Source: Rickettsiales bacterium
GTDB lineage: Bacteria > Pseudomonadota > Alphaproteobacteria > Rickettsiales > JAIXRX01
Length of the DNA: 64,000 bases
Direction: 5' to 3'
NCBI GenBank assembly: GCA_965247145.1
Contig: CBDFGH010000006.1
Span: 168,778 to 232,777, forward strand
Part shown: positions 56,181-63,428 of the stretch, one piece after another
Layout of the letters: every line of letters begins with the position of its first letter
How positions within the stretch are numbered: position 1 is the stretch's first letter
Notes under the pieces: model-generated
Told to the model about the DNA's origin: nothing
Databases searched by the model: none
Seen by the model: the letters and a program-made list of their open reading frames with translations, nothing else
Program-made: the position numbers and the translations under genes

Positions 56181-56435
56181 TTACAGTTTCTGACTTTGAT
56201 GATCGGGCGCGGAAAGGCGCTTCGCATCGTGCCGCGTAGCAAAAAAACCAATCATATGCCCGATGGGGAAAAGGACGGACAGAAAGATAAAATTTCTAAA
56301 GAACAAGAATAGGGCTAGGCACAACAGCGAATTGATTAAAAAATAACGGTAACGCACACCGCCGACAAGCACCGGCCCAAGCACTGATTCATTGCCTGAT
56401 GCGCGCTTTGCTGTTTCGATTTTACCACCAGCCAT
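56181..56435 (-). CDS. VirB3-like paralog (84 aa)
   Basis: Ungapped hand alignment to the adjacent VirB3 core gives 24 identities over 55 residues (P.VGGV.Y..F..NS..C....F....NFI.L.V.FPI.H...F...R). Lies 9 nt upstream of virB3. Confidence 0.7.
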   Translation of the reverse strand: MAGGKIETAKRASGNESVLGPVLVGGVRYRYFLINSLLCLALFLFFRNFIFLSVLFPIGHMIGFFATRHDAKRLSAPDHQSQKL

Positions 56436-56916
56436 TGTCGTCCTTCTTGTCGGATTTCACCACTGTGCCATCCTTATTATAGAAGTTATTAATAAATTGT
56501 TGCGTCATGGCGGCGGCTTGCTGTGCTTGGGCAAGCTTCAGTGCGGCGGCTGCAGGCGTCCCATTGGCACCATTCAGCATTTTCCGCACTTCTTCGCGTT
56601 TCTTTTCCCGCTGTTTGATTGTTTTGTTGGCTTTGTCGATGGTGGCTTTGGTCTGAGAGGAAATCATCGCCTGCACCAGCTTCTTGGCTTTGCCCTGCAT
56701 GACGGGTTCGCCCGATTCGTCCACCACGTCAAGGCGCTTGGAAAGCATCTTCGCCTGAATCTCCGCCGTTTTGCGCGCGGTCATCAGCGTGTAGCGGTCG
56801 TCGGCGTTCATCTTCAGCAGCTTTTGTTTGTCGGCCGCGCTGCCGCCGGAATTTTTGTTCAGAATGCTGCCGCCGCCGCTTTTTCCGCCACTGCCGCCAC
56901 CCATCGAATACCGCAT
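56422..56916 (-). CDS. hypothetical Gly-rich / Lys-rich coiled-coil protein, first gene of the T4SS operon (orf164)
   Basis: Start chosen at ATG 56916 (AGGAG 6 nt upstream); the ORF-track start 57045 collides with the divergent gene. GGGSGGKSGGGS N-terminus, K/Q/A-rich middle, C-terminus ...KKDDNGWW*. Overlaps the virB3-like ORF by 14 nt. Confidence 0.55.
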   Translation of the reverse strand: MRYSMGGGSGGKSGGGSILNKNSGGSAADKQKLLKMNADDRYTLMTARKTAEIQAKMLSKRLDVVDESGEPVMQGKAKKLVQAMISSQTKATIDKANKTIKQREKKREEVRKMLNGANGTPAAAALKLAQAQQAAAMTQQFINNFYNKDGTVVKSDKKDDNGWW

Positions 56917-57043
56917 ATGCATCTCCTGCTTGGCCGTTGCCCGCCGCCGTTTTGCCAAGACAAAGCGGGCCGTTTCCATTAGTTTCATTCTACTGCAAAC
57001 CATGCCGAACCGCGTATGAAGGTTTTGTGACAGGAGCTGTGCC

Positions 57044-57631
57044 ATGCAACAGGAAAACCCGGAAAATCCACCGCTTCGTTCGTTCGGTTATCAACGGCTC
57101 GGGCTGTTGATCGCGGCATCCATGGTGGCGCTGCTGGCGATTCTCTTCGCGCCGCGCCCCATCATGCGCGACCGCCGCGACCCTGCACCCATCGCCCGCG
57201 CGCAGGAAGGCTTGGAAAAGCACACTTTCACGCTCACCCGCCAGGATGGGCGTGTGTTGCCTTTCACCCTCGAAATCGCAGCCACCGAGCGGCAGCAGGA
57301 AATCGGGCTGATGTTTCGCACCCAGTTGGCGGAAAACGAAGGCATGCTTTTCCCCTACCCGGATGACGCGCCGCGCATGATGTGGATGAAAAATACGCTG
57401 ATTCCGCTCGATATGCTCTTTTTCGATGGGGAAGGACGCCTCGTCTCGGTCATCACCCGCGCACAGCCGGAATCGGAGACCATTTTGGAATCGGTCGCTC
57501 CCGCGCGTCAGGTGCTGGAATTGCGGGCCGGTACGGTCGAAGCCTACGGCCTCGCGGTGGGTGATCGTTTGCGGGAAACCAGTGCAGCCCCCGGCAGCGT
57601 GCCCGCCGAAGCGCAGCCGAAGACGCACTAG
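57044..57631 (+). CDS. DUF192 domain protein
   Basis: CAGGAG SD. N-terminal TM, then GMLFPYPDDAPRMMWMKNTLIPLDMLFFDGEGRLVSV (DUF192 pattern). Confidence 0.8.
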   Translation: MQQENPENPPLRSFGYQRLGLLIAASMVALLAILFAPRPIMRDRRDPAPIARAQEGLEKHTFTLTRQDGRVLPFTLEIAATERQQEIGLMFRTQLAENEGMLFPYPDDAPRMMWMKNTLIPLDMLFFDGEGRLVSVITRAQPESETILESVAPARQVLELRAGTVEAYGLAVGDRLRETSAAPGSVPAEAQPKTH

Positions 57632-57633
57632 CC

Positions 57634-58185
57634 ATGTCCTTCCGCCGGTTCTTCTTACTGCTGCTCGCCCTGCCCTGCCTTGCGGCGGCCACCCCGTTTC
57701 TTTTCCGCCAAACCGAAATCACCATCCTCGCCCTCGGGCCGAAGCCCGGCAGCGTCGCCGCGCCTGCGGGGGCCGAAGGGAAAAACCCGCCCGCGCAGCC
57801 CATTGCGCCCACGCCGCGGCAGTTTCAGTTGAAAGCGCAGATGCGCCCGGCCTCGGCCCTGCTGCAGAAAGATCTCTTCAGCGTCGATCCTTTCGTGCAT
57901 ACCAGCGCGCATCTCTTCGTCTTCGACACGCCGAGTCTGACCGGGTTTCAAGCGCCCGCCATCCAGAAGCCGGTGGATATTCTGGCCATCAACCAGAACG
58001 GCATCATTCTGGAGATTATTCCCCAGGCCGTGCCCGCCCATCTCGACCCCAGCCAATATTCCGTGGAAGAACCCGTGCGCGCCCTGCTTTTCCTGCCGCG
58101 CGGCAGCGTGGACGCCAATGGATTAAGACCGGGGGACCGCGTGCTCAACGCCATCTTTGCGCGTCCACCGGAAAAAAGGAACTAA
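57634..58185 (+). CDS. DUF192-like paralog (degenerate)
   Basis: Signal peptide MSFRRFFLLLLALPCLAAA. HLFVFDTP...KPVDILAINQNGIILEI... parallels the DUF192 core of the upstream gene. Starts 2 nt after the upstream stop. Confidence 0.6.
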   Translation: MSFRRFFLLLLALPCLAAATPFLFRQTEITILALGPKPGSVAAPAGAEGKNPPAQPIAPTPRQFQLKAQMRPASALLQKDLFSVDPFVHTSAHLFVFDTPSLTGFQAPAIQKPVDILAINQNGIILEIIPQAVPAHLDPSQYSVEEPVRALLFLPRGSVDANGLRPGDRVLNAIFARPPEKRN

Positions 58186-58187
58186 CC

Positions 58188-58490
58188 ATGAAATTTCGCG
58201 TGGGAGATGCGAATCTCGTTTTTTGGCTTTTAGTCTGGCTGGGCTCGGTAACCATCTATATTCTATCCAGCTTCGTCCTGGTGTTGATTGTTGGAATCGG
58301 TATTACGAGTTCCCCGATAGACGCAAAAAACATTCCCATTTTCTTGCCCTTGATTGGAGCTTTGATCGCGTTTTCGGCAGCTACGTTGATGCACATTTTC
58401 AACCTCTCATTTCGTGGCAAACGGTTCCCCTTTTGCTTCACGCCATGGGCGGTATGCTGCATCAGTTCCGTCGGGTTTCTGATTTTCTAA
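58188..58490 (+). CDS. small hypothetical membrane protein (100 aa, AT-richer)
   Basis: ATG 58188 lies 2 nt after the upstream stop. Three hydrophobic segments. Part of the long ORF-track ORF 57426..58490. Confidence 0.5.
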   Translation: MKFRVGDANLVFWLLVWLGSVTIYILSSFVLVLIVGIGITSSPIDAKNIPIFLPLIGALIAFSAATLMHIFNLSFRGKRFPFCFTPWAVCCISSVGFLIF

Positions 58491-58501
58491 ATTTGATTTT
58501 T

Positions 58502-58906
58502 CTAAAGCGGCCCCGGCATGCTTTCGATCACCACGAAGGCCTGCGCATAGGGAAACTCATCCGTCAGCGTAAGGTGGATACGGGCGCTGCTGGCCGGGGG
58601 CAGTAGTTCGTGCAAAGCTTGTGCGGCGCGGCCGTGCAATTCCAGGCTGGGCTTGCCGTTTACATCCCGCACCACTTCGATATCGCGCAATGCCAGCCCG
58701 CCGCGAAAACCGCTGCCCAGGGCCTTGGCGCAAGCCTCCTTGGCCGCGAAACGCTTGGCATAGACGCTCGCGGTGTGCGGATGCGCTTGCGCATAGGTGC
58801 TTTCGCCCGCCGTGAACATGCGCGCCTCGAAACGCGCCCCATGGCGCAGCAATGCCTGCCCGATGCGGCGGATGTCGACGAGGTCTGAGCCGATGCCTAA
58901 GATCAT
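58502..58906 (-). CDS. acpS: holo-[acyl-carrier-protein] synthase
   Basis: MILGIGSDLVDIRRI N-terminus and ...FAAKEACAKALG motif; 134 aa. Confidence 0.93.
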   Translation of the reverse strand: MILGIGSDLVDIRRIGQALLRHGARFEARMFTAGESTYAQAHPHTASVYAKRFAAKEACAKALGSGFRGGLALRDIEVVRDVNGKPSLELHGRAAQALHELLPPASSARIHLTLTDEFPYAQAFVVIESMPGPL

Positions 58907-58938
58907 GATGATTCGATGATTCGATGATTCGATGATTC
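58907..58938. repeat. 8-bp microsatellite (GATGATTC)x4 abutting the acpS start codon
   Basis: Four perfect tandem copies at 58907-58938, directly adjacent to the acpS ATG (58904-58906). An inverted copy gaatcatc lies at 58949-58956 and a further aatcatc at 58966-58972. Confidence 0.9.
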
Positions 58939-58983
58939 TTTCTACATCGAATCATCGTGTGATCCAATCATCAATGACCGCCC

Positions 58984-59736
58984 TCACATCGCGCCCGAAA
59001 CGGTGCGTGCGGAATCCATCACCATGCGCATGCGGCTGATCGCTTCCTCCAGCCCAACGAACAGTGCCTCTCCCACCAGAAAATGCCCGATGTTGAGTTC
59101 GCTCAAAAACTCGATGGCCGACACGGCGCGGGTATTGTCATAAGTCAGGCCGTGGCCTGCATGCACTTCCAGGCCCAGTTCGAAAGCATGCGCCGCCGCC
59201 ATCTGCAGCCGCACCAATTCGCCATGCCGCGCCTCGCCTTCCGCCGCTTCGGCATAAGCGCCCGTGTGCAATTCCACCACCCTGGCCCCGATGTCGTGCG
59301 CCGCTTCCACCTGGTCGAAATCGGGGTCGATAAACAGGCTGGTGCGGATGTCCGCTTCGTTCAAGCGCGCCACCGCTTCGGCCAGAAATGCATCCGCCCC
59401 GCGCACGTTCAGCCCGCCTTCGGTGGTCACTTCCTCGCGCTTTTCCGGCACCAGGCACACCGCATGCGGGCGGGTGCGCAGTGCGATCTCCAGCATTTCC
59501 GGCGTGGCCGCCATTTCCAGATTCACCGGCAGCGCGATGCCTGCGATGATTGCCTCCACATCCGCATCGCGAATATGGCGGCGGTCTTCGCGCAGATGAA
59601 TCGTGATCCCGTCCGCCCCCGCCGCCTGCACCAATTGCGCCGCCCGCAACGGATCGGGATGCGCCCCGCCGCGCGCATTCCGCACGGTGGCAATATGGTC
59701 GATATTCACGCCGAGGCGGAGATGGCCGTTGGTCAT
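58984..59736 (-). CDS. pdxJ: pyridoxine 5'-phosphate synthase
   Basis: LGVNIDHIATVRNARG motif; 250 aa. Confidence 0.95.
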   Translation of the reverse strand: MTNGHLRLGVNIDHIATVRNARGGAHPDPLRAAQLVQAAGADGITIHLREDRRHIRDADVEAIIAGIALPVNLEMAATPEMLEIALRTRPHAVCLVPEKREEVTTEGGLNVRGADAFLAEAVARLNEADIRTSLFIDPDFDQVEAAHDIGARVVELHTGAYAEAAEGEARHGELVRLQMAAAHAFELGLEVHAGHGLTYDNTRAVSAIEFLSELNIGHFLVGEALFVGLEEAISRMRMVMDSARTVSGAM

Positions 59737-59744
59737 GGGTTCGA

Positions 59745-59871
59745 TTCCTTGGATAAAGCCCTCTCCCTATGGGAGAGGGCTGGGTGAGGGTCTATCCGTT
59801 GGATTTAGAACGAGCCGATAGACCCTCACCGGCTCGCTCCGCTCACCACCCTCTCCCTTCTAGGGAGAGGG
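59745..59871. repeat. MITE-like structured intergenic element, copy 2
   Basis: aaagccctctccctatgggagagggctgggtgagggtct... is near-identical to the first ~45 bp of copy 1. Right end gaccctcacc...ccctctccc-ttcta-gggagaggg. Same orientation and same kind of position (between a gene start and the upstream gene's stop). Confidence 0.75.
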
Positions 59872-59881
59872 AATGTATCAA

Positions 59882-62068
59882 TTACGCCTGCACCCGTTCC
59901 ACCGCCTGCACCACATCCTTCGTGCGCAGATTGGCGATGATCGAACTCAGGTGGTTTTTGTCGCGCACCTCCACGTCCAGCAGCATGTCGATATAATCGG
60001 TCGCGCGGTTGATGACCTTGAGGTTGGTGATATTGCCCAAGTCCTTGGCGATCACATTGGTCAGCGCGGCGAGCGAGCCGGGGTCGTTACTCAATGTCAC
60101 TTTCAAGCGGCTGGTGTGCTTCTGCTCTTTACCCGTGGCGGTGCTTTCCCACGCCACGTCCAGCCAACGCTCCGGCGTATCGGCATAATTCTCCAGCGTT
60201 TCGCAGCCATGGGTGTGGATGGTCACGCCCTTGCCGGTGGTGACGATGCCGACGATGCGGTCGCCGGGAATCGGGTGGCAGCAGCCCGCGAAATGCACCG
60301 CCATGCCGGGGATGAGGCCGGTGATAGGGATAGCATGCTTGCCGGGTTTTTCGGGTTTTTTCTTGCGCAGCAGATCGAGCAGATTGCCTTTTTTCGCCGC
60401 CGCATTTGCGCTGCGCAGTTCGGGGAAGATCGCATCCAGCACCGCGAGGCGGTTCAATACGCCCTCGCCCACTTCGGCATAGACATCTTCCAGCGACTTG
60501 CGACCGATGGTGGGCAGCGAGGTGGTGATCTCCTTTTCCATCTCCTTATCGTTCAGCCCCTTGCCCTCCTGCTTGAAGGTTTTGGAGAGAATGGCGCGGC
60601 CCAGATTCACATATTCCGCCCGCTGCTGCGTGCGCACGAATTTGCGGATTTCCGAGCGCGCCTTGCCGGTGACGACAAAGCGCTCCCAGGCAGGGCTGGG
60701 CGAGGAATTCTTCGAGGTGATAATCTCGACCTGATCGCCATTGCGCAGCTGCGTGCGCAATGGCACGATGCGGCCGTTGACCTTCGCGCCCACGCATGCG
60801 AACCCGACTTTGGAATGCACGGCGAACGCGAAATCCACCGGCGTTGCGCCGCGCGGCATGGCGTACAAATCCCCCTTCGGCGTGAAGCAGAAGACCTGAT
60901 CGTGGTACATCTCAAGTTTGGTGTGTTCGAGGAATTCCTCCGAATCCGTCGATTGCTCGAGGATTTCCAGCAATTCCCGAATCCATCGGTACTGCTTGCC
61001 TTCGGTCTGCGCATTGTCTGCCACGGCATGGCGTTGTTTGTAGCTCCAATGCGCGGCCACTCCATATTCGGCGATGTCGTGCATTTCCTGGGTGCGGATC
61101 TGAATCTCGATGCGGTGTTGCTGCGGCCCGATCACCGCCGTGTGAATGGATTGGTAGCCGTTGCCTTTCGGCGTGCTGATGTAATCTTTGAATTGCCCAG
61201 GAACCGTGTGATACTTCGCATGAATCGCCCCAAGCGCCTGATAGCATTCGGGAATGCCCGCTACCGTCACGCGGAAGGCGATGATGTCGGACATCTGCTC
61301 GAAAGTGGTGTTCTTGTCTTCCATTTTCTTCCAAATGGAATAGGGCCGTTTTTCGCGCCCCGAAACCACAAAATCCTTTAGCCCCGCTTCTTCCATCACG
61401 CGTGTGAGGTTGCTCTTGGTTTTATCGATCTCCGCCTTGCCCTGCTCGCGCAGAAATTCCAGGCGGTTTGTGATGGATTCGCGTGCTTCCGGGTGCAGCG
61501 CGCCGAAGGCCAGATCCTGCAATTCGTCTTTGATCGCGCGCATGCCGATGCGTTCGGCGAGCGAGGCGTAGATTTCCAGCGTTTCCTTGGCGATGCGCTT
61601 GCGCTTGTCTTCGTTTTTGATGAAATGCAAAGTGCGCATATTGTGCAGCCGGTCCGCCAGCTTCACCAGCAGCACGCGCAGATCCTCGCTCATCGCCAGC
61701 AGCAGTTTGCGGAAATTCTCGGCTTGTTTGGTGGATTCGGACTTGATCTCCAGCTGCGTGAGCTTGGTCACGCCGTCCACCAGCATCCGCACCTGCGGCC
61801 CGAACAATTCTTCGATTTCCTCCAACGTCGCGTCCGTATCTTCCACCGTGTCATGCAGCAGGGCGGTGACGATGGAAGTGGCGTCCAGCTTGAATTGCGT
61901 GAGCAGGTAGGCCACTTCGACGGGATGCGAAAAATACGGATCGCCATTCGCGCGCTTCTGGCTGCCATGCATCTTCATCGCATAGACATAAGCACGATTG
62001 ATAAAGTCCTCATCCGCATCCGGATCATAGGACTTCACTTTTTCGACGAGTTCATATTGGCGGATCAT
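59882..62068 (-). CDS. spoT: bifunctional (p)ppGpp synthetase/hydrolase (RelA/SpoT homolog)
   Basis: HD hydrolase motifs (YFSHPVEVA, LHDTVEDT) and a synthetase region (YQSIHTAV), followed by TGS- and ACT-like C-terminal domains; 728 aa. Confidence 0.95.
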   Translation of the reverse strand: MIRQYELVEKVKSYDPDADEDFINRAYVYAMKMHGSQKRANGDPYFSHPVEVAYLLTQFKLDATSIVTALLHDTVEDTDATLEEIEELFGPQVRMLVDGVTKLTQLEIKSESTKQAENFRKLLLAMSEDLRVLLVKLADRLHNMRTLHFIKNEDKRKRIAKETLEIYASLAERIGMRAIKDELQDLAFGALHPEARESITNRLEFLREQGKAEIDKTKSNLTRVMEEAGLKDFVVSGREKRPYSIWKKMEDKNTTFEQMSDIIAFRVTVAGIPECYQALGAIHAKYHTVPGQFKDYISTPKGNGYQSIHTAVIGPQQHRIEIQIRTQEMHDIAEYGVAAHWSYKQRHAVADNAQTEGKQYRWIRELLEILEQSTDSEEFLEHTKLEMYHDQVFCFTPKGDLYAMPRGATPVDFAFAVHSKVGFACVGAKVNGRIVPLRTQLRNGDQVEIITSKNSSPSPAWERFVVTGKARSEIRKFVRTQQRAEYVNLGRAILSKTFKQEGKGLNDKEMEKEITTSLPTIGRKSLEDVYAEVGEGVLNRLAVLDAIFPELRSANAAAKKGNLLDLLRKKKPEKPGKHAIPITGLIPGMAVHFAGCCHPIPGDRIVGIVTTGKGVTIHTHGCETLENYADTPERWLDVAWESTATGKEQKHTSRLKVTLSNDPGSLAALTNVIAKDLGNITNLKVINRATDYIDMLLDVEVRDKNHLSSIIANLRTKDVVQAVERVQA

Positions 62069-62167
62069 AGAAGAAGTATACTGGCGATAGCATCATTCTT
62101 CCAGCCATCCTTTTAGATCAAGAAGCAGTTTACGCTTGATGAACCATTCAAAGCAAACCGCGACTTA

Positions 62168-63424
62168 TCAGCGAGCACTACGTTTGTCTTCTTCGCGTTT
62201 ATCTTCCTCTTCAGACCGAAAAAAGATGGCTACCGCATCTTTATTCGGAGCCCAGTCTGTCAAAATGACATCCTGATCCTCTGCACCTGTAAACAAGATC
62301 GGGGTGGTGGGGCTGCAGAGTATGCCAATATGACCTGGTAGCGGTTTCAGGCGGATGCGTAAATCTCCAATTTTACCACCCCGCCAATTCCCGCCGGTCT
62401 TCAAAATGAAGGTCGTGTAACCCCTGCTAAGGTATATCTGTTTGAGCGTTTTGAGCCTTTCCACGAAAAGCTTATTGATCGGAGCCTCGCAGCCATCCGG
62501 TGGCGCGCTATAATCCAGCAGCTTGATTGGATACTTTTCCACAGCCGTGCTTGGAGAAAGCCTGAAAACGTTGCTGCCCCAACTGTCATATAACGTGTTC
62601 ATAGCTTGCCTTATTTGTGTGACTGAATCGGCGGCTAGCGTTTCCTGCCACAGATAATTCAACTGAGCGACCCAGTTCGGGAAGTAATGATCTTCTTTTG
62701 TGGAGTAGGTATAGGCGTGGGCGTTGAATAAAGGTTGCAATAAAGCGCGGTCCACGCGGTTTGGTCGGATGAAATCTTTCGGTCTTTCGACCGACAAGCC
62801 AGCATGATGGAGCAATTGGGTGATGTCCGCCTGTTTCTCTGGCTCATAGAATGGCTCGACGTTTTCACTGTATTCTTTCCACTCCGCCCATTGTTTGGTG
62901 TCTCGATCCAATGGCTGTTGCAGATCGGCCAAAGCGCGGAAGGTCGGCGTCACATTTAAAATAGCCTGACTATTCACCCAAACTTGGAATTCGCTAGAGA
63001 GCGTCATGGGCTTTTGCAGGACGGCGCGCTGTATTCGTTTGTTAGTGGAAATGTCAGAATCAAAAAGATTTCCGTATTGGTCGATGTAGATGCGCCGACT
63101 AAGACACCAGCCGTTCAAGGAATCGACCAGATCTTCAAATTTTTTCAGATTTTCGGGCAGCGGTGCGGCGCCGAAACAGAAGGGGGGAGCATGAACAGGG
63201 AATGCTATGTTCATGGTCAAATCCTGGTTGGAGAATGAGTGGAAGTCGTAATTCACCTCCGTGCGCGATTCGCCGATGACGAGCTCTTCGCGCTCCATGC
63301 TGATGAGATCGGTTTTCATATATTGCGTGACGACCCCATCCTCTACGCTGCCTTCGAACGCAGTATCGTCTGCCCATGCATTGGTTACAAGGCATAGACC
63401 GACAACAAAAATTTTATATTTCAT
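62168..63424 (-). CDS. DUF4424-like secreted protein (AT-richer)
   Basis: Signal peptide MKYKIFVVGLCLVTNAWA. The N-terminal ...DLISMEREELVIGESRTEVNYDFHSFSNQDLTMNIAFPV resembles the DUF4424 opening pattern. About 42% G+C in one counted line. Confidence 0.6.
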   Translation of the reverse strand: MKYKIFVVGLCLVTNAWADDTAFEGSVEDGVVTQYMKTDLISMEREELVIGESRTEVNYDFHSFSNQDLTMNIAFPVHAPPFCFGAAPLPENLKKFEDLVDSLNGWCLSRRIYIDQYGNLFDSDISTNKRIQRAVLQKPMTLSSEFQVWVNSQAILNVTPTFRALADLQQPLDRDTKQWAEWKEYSENVEPFYEPEKQADITQLLHHAGLSVERPKDFIRPNRVDRALLQPLFNAHAYTYSTKEDHYFPNWVAQLNYLWQETLAADSVTQIRQAMNTLYDSWGSNVFRLSPSTAVEKYPIKLLDYSAPPDGCEAPINKLFVERLKTLKQIYLSRGYTTFILKTGGNWRGGKIGDLRIRLKPLPGHIGILCSPTTPILFTGAEDQDVILTDWAPNKDAVAIFFRSEEEDKREEDKRSAR

Positions 63425-63428
63425 AATG

